Origin: a virus
Taxonomy: Duplodnaviria > Caudoviricetes
IMG/VR virus record: IMGVR_UViG_3300031673_000017
Coordinates: 12,670-76,669 of that record
Reading direction: 5' to 3' (one strand)
Length of the DNA: 64,000 nt
Shown here: one piece after another, positions 19,106-28,649 of the stretch
How positions within the stretch are numbered: the stretch's first letter is position 1
Layout of the letters: every line of letters begins with the position of its first letter
Notes under the pieces: generated by a model
Database searches by the model: none
Told to the model about the DNA's origin: nothing
What the model saw: the letters and a program-made list of their open reading frames with translations, nothing else
Program-made: the position numbers and the translations under genes

Positions 19106-20566
19106 TTAGCCTAACATGCCATCTAAGAGCAATTCTTTTAATCGTGACTTGAGATGTAATACTGCAACGCTTTTTTCGTTATAAGCAGCCATTAATAGCC
19201 TTTTGCCGATTGCAGTTCCAGGACCATCTGCATGCGGACAATAATTATAATTAGGCCCCACATCGATAATCTTAACACCAAACTTATTTAGTATCTCGTC
19301 TTTACAAAACCAACAACAGCATAAAATATCTTGATCTATATACCAATCATTTCCTTCATGTTTAAATAACGCTTGCCACTCAACAAGTTCTTTCCATGTT
19401 CTGCTTAATACTTGACTTGTAAGAAAACTTAAAAAGCTTTTTACTTTGTCATTTACTCTGAACATCACCACTCCGCCGTTTATCGGATACTGATATTTAT
19501 ATGGCCTGGTTGTTACTGCTATGTCGAAGTCTTGTTCAAAAGCTGTAAATGGATCTTTAAGATAATATAAGTCAGCATCTGCTGAGATAACTTTTGAGCC
19601 ATCTGGCAAGCTTTTAATAAACCTATATTGGCTGGTAACTTTAGAGCCCATTCTTCCAATGGTGACTTCTTCAGGTATAACATATTGTGTTAATACATTT
19701 AACCCATAATTTTTAACTTTGTCGCTAAATACTATTTTATTACAACCTGATACTTCAGCTAATGTAGATAAACTTTTTGTCATTAACATATCATTAAAGC
19801 CATAATCAGTTATTAAGCAATATCTATCATCTGAATTGTTGCAAAACAAAAGTGGAAGAAACTTCTCTTTTAGAACTTGGTTTTTAAGTTCACGTAAATT
19901 TTTATTGCTGTGCGAAACATTATAAACTGTGTCGCCAGTAGTCGCTAATGGTGTAATCCAATTCATGTTCCTCGATACTGTTATAATTGGAACATTATTC
20001 TTTTTACATAGAATCGAAAACCATAAGTCTCGCATGTAAACTATAGGAAAATCTTGTAGCGTAGGCTTTATTGTCGATGAATGAAATGCAACTGTTCCAC
20101 AAGCTGCTTGATCTACTTGTTCATCTTCAGATACCCAACATGAGAAGCCATAAACATTACGACATTGAAAATAACTCTCGACTGGCTGTGATATATTTGC
20201 AGCATGAACAGTTACTACTGCTTTGCGATTATACTTCTCAATGCATATTATTAACTTTTCAACATAATCTGCAGGATAATTTAAATCATCATCGAGTGTA
20301 AAATAATAACTACTTTGGCCGTTCGTCTTTTCGACCATATTTTCTGCGTCAACTAAATTCCAAATCGAATCGTGAGCATATTCATTTTCTGAATTAAGAT
20401 GAGCGTGTATTTTACTTTTTTCTGAAATCCAATCTGGGATTTCGTTATACCAATTTAATACAACATGGATTTTGTCGACTTGACCAATAATCGAGTCGAT
20501 AGCCATTCTTAATTGTTGTTCGCGTTCTTTAACTGTTGCAATAAACGCAATTACTTTATCCCTCAT
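19106..20566 (-). CDS. Two-domain glycosyltransferase (GT2-like plus nucleotide-diphospho-sugar transferase)
   Basis: N-domain IATVKER...FTLDDDLNYPADY; C-domain ISADADLYYLKDPF...INGGV...DQDIL...YNY...VLHLK. Confidence 0.8.
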   Translation of the reverse strand: MRDKVIAFIATVKEREQQLRMAIDSIIGQVDKIHVVLNWYNEIPDWISEKSKIHAHLNSENEYAHDSIWNLVDAENMVEKTNGQSSYYFTLDDDLNYPADYVEKLIICIEKYNRKAVVTVHAANISQPVESYFQCRNVYGFSCWVSEDEQVDQAACGTVAFHSSTIKPTLQDFPIVYMRDLWFSILCKKNNVPIITVSRNMNWITPLATTGDTVYNVSHSNKNLRELKNQVLKEKFLPLLFCNNSDDRYCLITDYGFNDMLMTKSLSTLAEVSGCNKIVFSDKVKNYGLNVLTQYVIPEEVTIGRMGSKVTSQYRFIKSLPDGSKVISADADLYYLKDPFTAFEQDFDIAVTTRPYKYQYPINGGVVMFRVNDKVKSFLSFLTSQVLSRTWKELVEWQALFKHEGNDWYIDQDILCCCWFCKDEILNKFGVKIIDVGPNYNYCPHADGPGTAIGKRLLMAAYNEKSVAVLHLKSRLKELLLDGMLG

Positions 20567-20716
20567 TTGGTTCGCCGCCTTTCGAAAGATTGTTAAATAA
20601 ATTATAAAATTGCTGGGCTTTTGATAGCTTTAGTTATTTTTATAGCATTAGCCTTAACTGTCACTATCATTAGCCCATGTATTATATATTAAACCGCTTT
20701 AATAAAGTCCTCAGCT

Positions 20717-21388
20717 TTATATAGCTACTTTTACCACTGCCACTGCAGCTTGTGTATCAGTATCTTGTTTTGCGTTTAAAAATGTTTTTAGGGCTTTTAA
20801 CATAGCTACTTCTTTATCATCAGACGTATTTTTGTACTCATCCATAAATACTTGAACGCCTTTTACAAGTTGTATGAATTGTTTATCTTTAACTGAAATC
20901 TCTTCTAATGTTTTGCCTGTTGCTGATGCTAAAGCTTTTTCCATTTCTGGGGGGGTTATATCGCCGGGGCGTTTACGCATTAAGCCCAACAACCCAGTAA
21001 GGCCACCAACTCCGAGTAATCCAAAACCCATGGACGCTATTCCGTTTTCACCAAACCATACTTCTTCTCTTTGTTGTGCAGCAACATAATTATTCGCTAC
21101 AATTTTCTTATGCGTGCTATATGATAGATCGTTCTTTTCAATCATATGCTGCAAGCTCTGCTGAATTATATTGTATGCTGAATCAACATCAGTCTTAAGT
21201 TTTTCAGCCCAGACCATATTTTGTTTCCACCACCCTGTATAGTCATTTGCATCTGCTACTCCGGCATCAGCCACATACTTAACAGCATTTTGGTTAATTT
21301 CAGCATAAGTCACATAATGCGATAATGCAGCACAACCAATACATAGCATAATAAATATTATTGATATTAATACTAATAAACGCTTCAT
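20717..21388 (-). CDS. Putative lipoprotein/membrane protein
   Basis: Signal peptide ending CIGC (lipobox-like); internal Gly-rich TM segment. Confidence 0.55.
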   Translation of the reverse strand: MKRLLVLISIIFIMLCIGCAALSHYVTYAEINQNAVKYVADAGVADANDYTGWWKQNMVWAEKLKTDVDSAYNIIQQSLQHMIEKNDLSYSTHKKIVANNYVAAQQREEVWFGENGIASMGFGLLGVGGLTGLLGLMRKRPGDITPPEMEKALASATGKTLEEISVKDKQFIQLVKGVQVFMDEYKNTSDDKEVAMLKALKTFLNAKQDTDTQAAVAVVKVAI

Positions 21389-21515
21389 TTTGTTCTCCTC
21401 AATAAATAACAGTTAATATTATTACGCCAATCATTATAAACCAGAAAATTATACCAACTAATCTATTTGCTGTTTTTTGGTTCATTTTAATTTCTTTCCG
21501 TTGGCCTCGTTCGAC

Positions 21516-21776
21516 TTAGACTATTCCAAGTGTTTGTAATTGCCCAAGAACCAATACTTCTTCTTGATTCTTTGAGATTATTTCCATGTCTAATACTTCA
21601 GAACTTTGCCACGCACCACCAAGTTCACAGATTCCACAGCCATCACTAAGTTTAAGCATCGAATTTTCACTTCCACGTTTGAACTTAAAAACCCAACCTA
21701 CTGGCACATCACATAATCTCATTGGAATAACTTCTTTGTCTTTACTAATGTCAATGTTCATGATTTGTCTCCTCAA
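21516..21776 (-). CDS. Hypothetical protein
   Basis: SD GGAG before ATG; packed minus-strand array. Confidence 0.5.
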   Translation of the reverse strand: MRRQIMNIDISKDKEVIPMRLCDVPVGWVFKFKRGSENSMLKLSDGCGICELGGAWQSSEVLDMEIISKNQEEVLVLGQLQTLGIV

Positions 21777-21971
21777 TTTAATTTAGTTCGCCGTTTAGTT
21801 TATTTATTTAACATACTTGAGCATCTTTCGCAATTAGGTAAACCGTCTTTGAAAAATTCACAACCACCAGTACATCCTGCAGTTTCTATGGTTTCATCAG
21901 GTGCTGAGCCGTTTCTGCATATTTCTGAATCTTTAAGTATTCCAGCATATAAATCTGAATATTTAAACATT

Positions 21972-22196
21972 TTAATCGCTCTCTAATACACGCATGCCTT
22001 CGACAGTTTTGCCTTTGTTGGCTACTTTTAATAGACTTTCAAGATGCTCTATTTCATCCTTTGCCAAAATTTCTGCTGCTTTTTGTGCGGCTTTCAATCT
22101 CTTAGGATTATTAAGAATAACGCTTGCTCTTACTAATGCAAGTGCATCGCTTTCTGCTTCGTATTGTGCATCAGTTTTTTCAATTACTTGTGGCAT
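21972..22196 (-). CDS. Hypothetical protein
   Basis: SD GAGGA; YEAESDALAL.RAS.I...PKRLKAAQ pattern. Confidence 0.55.
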   Translation of the reverse strand: MPQVIEKTDAQYEAESDALALVRASVILNNPKRLKAAQKAAEILAKDEIEHLESLLKVANKGKTVEGMRVLESD

Positions 22197-22311
22197 TTTA
22201 TTTCCTCTTATTATTAGGAATTAAACATAAATTTTCTTGTCTAACAAATGAGCATTTAAAGATGAAAATTATTCGCGTTCCGGCACGATTAAATCATGGT
22301 TTCACGCTAAC

Positions 22312-22554
22312 CTAATTCTCATCACTTAAAGCTCGTCGTTCTTGTATCGTTAATTGGTTAAAATGTTTTCTTGGATTTCCACAACAATTATTTGAACAAC
22401 AACACGGAGTTGCTATAACCATTCCTGATTGTCTTGGAGTATGTTTAATCTCATGACCAAACCAATAGAGTTTTCTGGTCTTCTGCAATCTTCTATAATG
22501 ATGTCTCCGCGTTGCTGAGTTCATTTTACTTATTCTTTTCAAAACACTCTTCAC
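22312..22554 (-). CDS. Small basic Cys-containing hypothetical protein
   Basis: TPCCCSNNCCGNPRKHF motif. Confidence 0.5.
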   Translation of the reverse strand: MKSVLKRISKMNSATRRHHYRRLQKTRKLYWFGHEIKHTPRQSGMVIATPCCCSNNCCGNPRKHFNQLTIQERRALSDEN

Positions 22555-22867
22555 AACAACATCCTATTGAGTGATTGTTATGATTTTTTGGTTGTTTATC
22601 TTCAGGCCATGGTATTACTTGTGCTATACATGGATCTTTTATAGATTCTATCGCAGCTATTTCTTCCTGCTTTATTTGAATTTCTTTTTCAACAATTAAT
22701 GGGTTTAAAATAAATCCAGTTATTTTCCAAGATCCTTCATTCTCTACATGCTTAAAACTTAGTTCTAACTTTGTCAATATTTCAATCTGAACTCCACTTT
22801 TCAAAGTGAATATGTTTTTATAATAATGCGTTAATTCTTGTTTTGATTCTAAATCTTGTTCTGGCAT
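22526..22867 (-). CDS. Hypothetical protein
   Basis: Coupled minus-strand ORF; C-terminal HSIGCCCEEC. Confidence 0.45.
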   Translation of the reverse strand: MPEQDLESKQELTHYYKNIFTLKSGVQIEILTKLELSFKHVENEGSWKITGFILNPLIVEKEIQIKQEEIAAIESIKDPCIAQVIPWPEDKQPKNHNNHSIGCCCEECFEKNK

Positions 22868-23131
22868 CGCTTTGTCCCCACCATTATTTTACAATTTAGC
22901 AAACATCTACTAATATCTTTACAATAAAACACAATGCTAAAAGAAATATTAGAAAATCTAAATTTCCAAAGCCATATATTGGATCATCTAAGACTTCTAA
23001 TATTTTTAACCACTTTCTCATTTAATTCCACTCTTACACATCACAGCGTTTGAACTGTTGTACTTGTTTGTAGTTTCATAATGCAGTTTTTCTTTATTGC
23101 GTCTATATCTTGACTAATGGTTTTGTTCTGT

Positions 23132-23398
23132 TTATTTTACAAGTTTTATCCATGATTTAGGTATATTGAGTGTGCCCATAATATCTTGTTTACCATATCC
23201 TTGAGTATGAGACACGATTACAAAGTCATCTTTAACACCAACGAATAATGCATTGGTTCTACACCTTGATTTGTCTGCCAATTCCATAGCAGCATCAATA
23301 GTCGTCCAACTGTCTTCAGTAAAGGCATCAATCCATTCGATATATATCTTGTCTCCAAGTTTTTTACTTCTTAGGCGTCTGCTGCTGTTTACATCCAC
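23132..23398 (-). CDS. Conserved phage hypothetical protein
   Basis: IEWIDA...W...C.T...VG...IP..WI pattern common in phage small proteins. Confidence 0.55.
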   Translation of the reverse strand: MDVNSSRRLRSKKLGDKIYIEWIDAFTEDSWTTIDAAMELADKSRCRTNALFVGVKDDFVIVSHTQGYGKQDIMGTLNIPKSWIKLVK

Positions 23399-23715
23399 CG
23401 CTCTAATTCCGTTATTAACGCATCATCTGTTATCTTAACTACTTTACCAGTATAATGGCCAGATGATATTTCTTTACTATCTTCCATTGTGTCTGGAAAC
23501 GTAGATGGGTCAAAATCTTCTTCTGTTGACTTATTCATATACATAGCAGCATTAAGTTGCGTCATATTTCTATTTGCCCGATGCTCAGATGCAAAGCGAA
23601 TATGCTTTTGTAATTTTACTTTATCTGCCCGCTGCTTTTTATTTCTTTGTTTCTTAGATGCTTTCAATTTTTTGAACTCCTCGTCTCTCGGCTCGTGTCG
23701 CCTTGTCCGTCCCAT
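23389..23715 (-). CDS. Hypothetical basic protein
   Basis: MGRTRRHEP...; SD AAAGGCAGGA upstream. Confidence 0.5.
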   Translation of the reverse strand: MGRTRRHEPRDEEFKKLKASKKQRNKKQRADKVKLQKHIRFASEHRANRNMTQLNAAMYMNKSTEEDFDPSTFPDTMEDSKEISSGHYTGKVVKITDDALITELERWM

Positions 23716-23733
23716 GTTAAAGTCCTGCCTTTA

Positions 23734-25281
23734 CTATATCATAATACTTTCACTTGATAGCGTTTCCGCTTCTGTTAAATTTTCGATGTTATCATCTTTT
23801 CTATGTTTATTTTCAATGTCTTGCGCTGATTCTCCTTTTCTTGGAAAATCGCGAAGTTTATGTTTTAATGCTGCTTGTGCTGCTTTCTTAAATTTTCTGT
23901 CGCCGTGGAAATAAATATATCTATGCTTTCTTGACGATTGTTCGAAATAAATTCTATCTCCATATTTAGCTTGTAACTTCTCCCTCATATTCTCCTGCCC
24001 TTTAAACTCTGCTAAAATAGTGAGTTCATGGGCATTCTCTCTTCCGCGTAATTTAAGAGCTTTATGCGTTGTGCTTAATCCTGTATAAACAAAATTCGTG
24101 GCTTGATAGACGCAGCCAACATGGTCTTGAGCCATGTCTGCAAAACTAACTATTATTTTATTCTTTGGAAGCATCTTTATACTTCGCCCAACTAATAAGC
24201 TCGCTTCGTTCTTTCTGTTATACTTTAAGCATAACCTTGTTAGCTCTATGATGTTTGGCTCAAAAAGTACTCCTGCTATATTGACCCTCAATGGCATACT
24301 ACTCGTTTCGCCGTATGTTACAACACCGCATAATTCATCTTCGTAAAATAAACCGAATGGATAGCTCATCATCGGCATGCGTTTTGCATAATGAATATGC
24401 AATAAATACGGTTCACATTCTTGTCTCGTTATTCTTTTAACGCAATACTTCTCAGATTGCATTGTACTTTCAAAATCGGGATGCCGGAATCGAACCGGCC
24501 CTTCCCCACTGGTGGTGGGGCGTTTCGCCCTTGAAACCTCTCCCGTATGTGGCAGAATTATATCGTCAAAATCTGCACTTGATATTGTCTCTGCTGACTC
24601 ACAATTGGAAACATTATCTAATTTGCTAAATTTATTCTCTAACTCTTTAATGCTATTTATTCCTTTAGGATAGTCTCGAATCTTATATGTCAATGCTAAC
24701 ATAATTCGTTTCTTAAATTTCCTATCACCATGAAGATAAATGTATCTATGCTTCCTTGAATTATCTTCTCTAAATAAATCGTCTCCATACTTCTCACGAA
24801 GTTTATCAGTTCTGTTTGGAACGCCTCTAAACTCATCCAATAATGTTATGTTATGTAAATGTTCTTTACCTCTTACTTTCCACACACTACCTTTTGTGCT
24901 TAAACCAGTGTATAAAAAGTTAGTTGCTTGATAGACATATCCAACATGATCCTGCTCTGAATCAGCGTAGCTAACAATTAATTTATTTTTAGGTAAAAGT
25001 TTTATACTACGTCCGACGAGAATACTCGCTTCGTTTTTTCTATTATATTTCAAACAAAGACGATTTAATTCAATTACATATCGCTCATTTTCGTCCCCTG
25101 CTATAAATCTTCTGAGTGTTGAACTTGGTGGCGTTCCGTAAGTTACTACACCACACAACTCTTTGTCTTCACTTGTAAATAAGCCGAATGCCCATGTAAT
25201 GCTCGGCCATCGATGTGCATAATGGATTCCTAATATGTACGTCTCGCATTCTTTTCTGGTTATTTGTTTAACAGTGTACAT
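23734..25281 (-). CDS. Tandem two-domain Mom-like (GNAT-fold) DNA adenine modification protein
   Basis: Two paralogous ~210-aa units, each HYA.R...FGLF...LCGVVTYG...IEL.RLCLKYNRKNEAS.LVGRSIK.LPKNK.IVS.AD..QDHVG.VYQATNF.YTG...KHRYIY.HG; second unit has its own ATG at 24462. Confidence 0.85.
   Translation of the reverse strand: MYTVKQITRKECETYILGIHYAHRWPSITWAFGLFTSEDKELCGVVTYGTPPSSTLRRFIAGDENERYVIELNRLCLKYNRKNEASILVGRSIKLLPKNKLIVSYADSEQDHVGYVYQATNFLYTGLSTKGSVWKVRGKEHLHNITLLDEFRGVPNRTDKLREKYGDDLFREDNSRKHRYIYLHGDRKFKKRIMLALTYKIRDYPKGINSIKELENKFSKLDNVSNCESAETISSADFDDIILPHTGEVSRAKRPTTSGEGPVRFRHPDFESTMQSEKYCVKRITRQECEPYLLHIHYAKRMPMMSYPFGLFYEDELCGVVTYGETSSMPLRVNIAGVLFEPNIIELTRLCLKYNRKNEASLLVGRSIKMLPKNKIIVSFADMAQDHVGCVYQATNFVYTGLSTTHKALKLRGRENAHELTILAEFKGQENMREKLQAKYGDRIYFEQSSRKHRYIYFHGDRKFKKAAQAALKHKLRDFPRKGESAQDIENKHRKDDNIENLTEAETLSSESIMI
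24475..24546 (-). ncRNA. tRNA-Gly-like cloverleaf (anticodon ACC), probably non-decoding, embedded in frame in the Mom-like ORF
   Basis: ACGGGAG AG GTTT CAAGGGCG AAAC G CCCCA CCACCAG TGGGG AAGG GCCGG TTCGATT CCGGC ATCCCGA T: perfect D, anticodon and T stems; acceptor 5/7 paired; C33; no CCA. Confidence 0.7.
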
Positions 25282-25349
25282 AGCATCTCAGTTTATATTT
25301 GCACATGAAAGCTTACAAAAGCACGAGGTATTGTGACAAAATTAAACCA

Positions 25350-26051
25350 TCAGATTAAAATATCGTTACTATTTAGTTGTTCTGCTACATCACAAACATT
25401 AAAATTATCGATGTTACTTTGAAGCAAGAATCGTTTCTTCATCTTCTTATCGAGAATGTACAGAAATCTATACTGAAATTCTTTAGTAATATGTTTGATT
25501 CCTTTATAACGTTCTTTAATTATGCTCCACGTTCGACCACCCGTTTGATGGTAAATAGTAATTGGATGAATTCGCTCCCCATCGGGCATTATGTAAAAGT
25601 CAACGTTTACTTTTCCAATTTTAATTGCATTAGAGGCTTTGTAAATTGTACCGTAGTTCCCAACTGATCCGTCTGCATAAGTTATAACAAATTTAATTCT
25701 TTTATGAACTTGTCTAAGATATGACCTCAATAAACTTATTACTTGTGTCTCTGAGAATTTTGGTAGCTCGTCGCTTAACCACATTCTATCGAATTCACAA
25801 AAGTTTCCTTTCATTATTAGACTCGAAATGGTATGCTTTTCTTTTGGTTTAATCCCATAGCCTAATTGTAAGAATCCTTTTCCATTATTTACTAAGAAAC
25901 TTAAGAATCTATTCTTAGTTGCTTTATGTGAATAATGATACTTAATAACAAGTTCATCGACTATTGTGCTTGGTGTTTCGATTATCCAATAACTGCCATT
26001 GCTAATTCCAATTGGCTTTTTGGTAATTGTTGAATAGATTAAAGATTTCAT
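25350..26051 (-). CDS. mom: Mu Mom-like DNA modification protein
   Basis: HYSHK...LQLGYGIKP...EFDRMWLSDELPKFSETQVIS...TYADGSVGNYGTIYKASN...FQYRF parallels phage Mu Mom. Confidence 0.8.
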   Translation of the reverse strand: MKSLIYSTITKKPIGISNGSYWIIETPSTIVDELVIKYHYSHKATKNRFLSFLVNNGKGFLQLGYGIKPKEKHTISSLIMKGNFCEFDRMWLSDELPKFSETQVISLLRSYLRQVHKRIKFVITYADGSVGNYGTIYKASNAIKIGKVNVDFYIMPDGERIHPITIYHQTGGRTWSIIKERYKGIKHITKEFQYRFLYILDKKMKKRFLLQSNIDNFNVCDVAEQLNSNDILI

Positions 26052-26060
26052 AGCATTATC

Positions 26061-26327
26061 TTATTTTCTTGAGCACTTCTCTTTATCTTCTTTGTACTCT
26101 TCCCTTTCTTCTTCGCTGAGTTGTGCTAAGAAGTCGTAACCAAATTTTGTTCCATATTCTTCAGCACCAATGCTGCGTGTATCTGCTTCAATATCGATAA
26201 TAGGTATTTCTTCTAAGTCCATCGTGTTTAATTTTTGTTTTACGAATTTACGAACTCTACGATGGGCTTTACTTTTATCAATGCTATTAGTCATAACATG
26301 CATTGGGAATCTTCTACTTCTGCTCAT
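26061..26327 (-). CDS. Hypothetical protein
   Basis: MSRSRR...DK.KAHRRVR; SD GGA upstream. Confidence 0.5.
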   Translation of the reverse strand: MSRSRRFPMHVMTNSIDKSKAHRRVRKFVKQKLNTMDLEEIPIIDIEADTRSIGAEEYGTKFGYDFLAQLSEEEREEYKEDKEKCSRK

Positions 26328-26452
26328 TATTTTCCTCTTTTAGCTTTGCCCGTGCTTTACATGCTATACACATACGCTTTGTTGGCTGATGTATCTCACA
26401 GCCACAACACTGATATGCTACTATCGGATTGTCGTAGTTTTTAACTTTCATG

Positions 26453-27805
26453 TTAAACATCATGACTTGAAAACGTTGCACCACCACCAAATGGATATTC
26501 GCGAAACATTTTATATCCCCATCCATCTGATATATGGGTTAATAAACTTTTAATATCTGACTTTTGAATAGAGCCATCATCGTCGCAAGTAACGCCTTCA
26601 AAATCTCGTATAAGAAACTTACATTTTTTATCGATAATCGTTCCGATGTAACCATCAGCCGCTATGAGCCTACTATTAACTGAATTAATTCTTACACGAA
26701 CCAGCGGATTTGATTTCTTGTATTTCTTTTCGCAATTCCATATACTATTAAACTTAGCATCTATGATGTCCCAATCGCTTCCTCTTACTGCTGAGCTTTG
26801 CTTAGCTCCACCAGTAGCATCCCCATAAAGACGGACATAACCTCTATGTATTTTAGACCATCGCTCTATTAATAAATCGCAAAGCTTTTCTGTATTGCTA
26901 TCTTGCTGTAAAAATATTTCGTCGATAGCACAACTTACTAATCCACGATTCTCTCCTTGATTACGCTTTATTAACCATTTAGGTGCTGGAAGTTCTTGTG
27001 ATATTACACAGTTTCCTGGAACTCTATTAAAGTCAAAACAAAAGTCTAATGGATAACTTGGATTGTATAACACCCTTTCGTCTTTTGGAGGACAATTTAA
27101 TTCATTATTGAACGCATAATATGTTCGGCCTTTAAATGAAACAAACTCACCGCCATACTCTTGGTTATAAGTTAATGTATCAGAGTCTGCACGAGCTTTT
27201 TCTGCTTCTTCTGGATTTATTTCATTAGTATGCCATGAGAAAATGTCCCAGTCTTCTTTATCTTTTACATCTTCCGCAAGTTGGAAGTAATGATTTCTAC
27301 CTTCTGGAACTCCAATTAAATCAGCCCATCCAGGACGACCTAATGTTGATAATGCTGGTCTTATGTTTTGTCCCCATACTGTTGGCTTAAAGTTTCCAAA
27401 CTCGTCACCAACAAATCCATCTAATGGTGGGCCTTCTATTCTTTCTGGTTTATCAAGCCCAAGAACTTCAATAGTAGAGCCATTAAACAGTTTTACTTTT
27501 CGAAATGAAATTGATATAGAGCGAAGGCCATCATACAATGCCCATCTCGGAACCATTGCAATAGTATCATCCCAGAAAATATCGACAGCTTGGCGATGTG
27601 TAGGAGCACCAAATACAAATCGGCCTTGTGGTAGTTGAAACTCAAAAGCTCTTATAATTAATCTTCGCTTTGCAATTTCTGTCTTACCACCACGTCTTCC
27701 AGCATGAGCAATATTAAATCTTGTTTGTGATTTAACATATCGTTGCTGTTCAGCATGGTCTTTTAATGGAGTCCATCGAGGTGTGATTGCTTCAGTTACT
27801 AACAT
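26453..27805 (-). CDS. terL: Terminase large subunit
   Basis: Walker A AGRRGGKT, Walker B FVGDE, RNase H-like DFN...YGDATG...HISDGWGY. Confidence 0.92.
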   Translation of the reverse strand: MLVTEAITPRWTPLKDHAEQQRYVKSQTRFNIAHAGRRGGKTEIAKRRLIIRAFEFQLPQGRFVFGAPTHRQAVDIFWDDTIAMVPRWALYDGLRSISISFRKVKLFNGSTIEVLGLDKPERIEGPPLDGFVGDEFGNFKPTVWGQNIRPALSTLGRPGWADLIGVPEGRNHYFQLAEDVKDKEDWDIFSWHTNEINPEEAEKARADSDTLTYNQEYGGEFVSFKGRTYYAFNNELNCPPKDERVLYNPSYPLDFCFDFNRVPGNCVISQELPAPKWLIKRNQGENRGLVSCAIDEIFLQQDSNTEKLCDLLIERWSKIHRGYVRLYGDATGGAKQSSAVRGSDWDIIDAKFNSIWNCEKKYKKSNPLVRVRINSVNSRLIAADGYIGTIIDKKCKFLIRDFEGVTCDDDGSIQKSDIKSLLTHISDGWGYKMFREYPFGGGATFSSHDV

Positions 27806-27981
27806 TAATTAAGATCTCAAACGAACTCGTATTGGTAAATTTAAAATATACCATAAGCGTTTAATTAATGACTTCTTTTTGTTTTTTAGGTTTGATATTT
27901 TATAAGCGGTGTTTTGTGTTAATTGTCCTTTGCCCGCCATTGATACTTCTGCCATCTTATATCCTCGCTCATTTATTTATA

Positions 27982-28641
27982 TTATTCGCCGTAGTCACAT
28001 TCATCGTCTAATCGATCCCTGTCACTTTGTATAGATTTTTCTGCTTCTTCTATTTCTATTTTTAATCGCTTAGCACGAGCTAATTTTAAATCATTTTCTA
28101 CTTGTTTTTCTTCTTCTGCTGAATTTTCATTTTTATCTGAATTTTCAACATTCTCAGTATCTTTTGGTATTTCTTTAGATTCTTCTACCTTTTGTTCATT
28201 CTTTGCAAAACATGTTCCATCTGTCTTTTCGCGTGCATTAATTAAAAACTCACGAATTAATGTAGCACGCTCTTCGAGACTTTCAGTTTCAGCCACATTA
28301 GCTAAGCCTAAAAGGTGTGTTAGCTGTGCATCTGCTGATAAGATGTTTTTTGTTTTTTCATTAGGATTCGCCATTAATCGACGAAGACGCATTATGCTCT
28401 CTGCAATATAATTCCCTTTCTCGATCTGTTGAGCAAGTTTATATAACTTCTTAAGTGCTTTTACTCTTATTTTTCCACAAGTTATATAATCTATTCTCGG
28501 AAAGTAAACATCGAGCATCTTATTTATTTCTGTTAAACTGTATCCAAATGCCCACTTCTCAGCGTAGAACTCTACTGCTTCTTCTAAATTAGCAATATCT
28601 GTCCATCCGTAATATGACTTTTCTTTTCCTTTGTTTGCCAT
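27982..28641 (-). CDS. Possible terminase small subunit
   Basis: Helical/HTH-like N-terminus, acidic tail, just upstream of terL. Confidence 0.4.
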   Translation of the reverse strand: MANKGKEKSYYGWTDIANLEEAVEFYAEKWAFGYSLTEINKMLDVYFPRIDYITCGKIRVKALKKLYKLAQQIEKGNYIAESIMRLRRLMANPNEKTKNILSADAQLTHLLGLANVAETESLEERATLIREFLINAREKTDGTCFAKNEQKVEESKEIPKDTENVENSDKNENSAEEEKQVENDLKLARAKRLKIEIEEAEKSIQSDRDRLDDECDYGE

Positions 28642-28649
28642 AGTTTCTC

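Noticed and set aside
24475-24546. Calling the cloverleaf a functional decoding tRNA-Gly(ACC)
   Set aside because: C33 instead of U33, two acceptor mismatches, atypical D-loop and no CCA; treated as a mimic.
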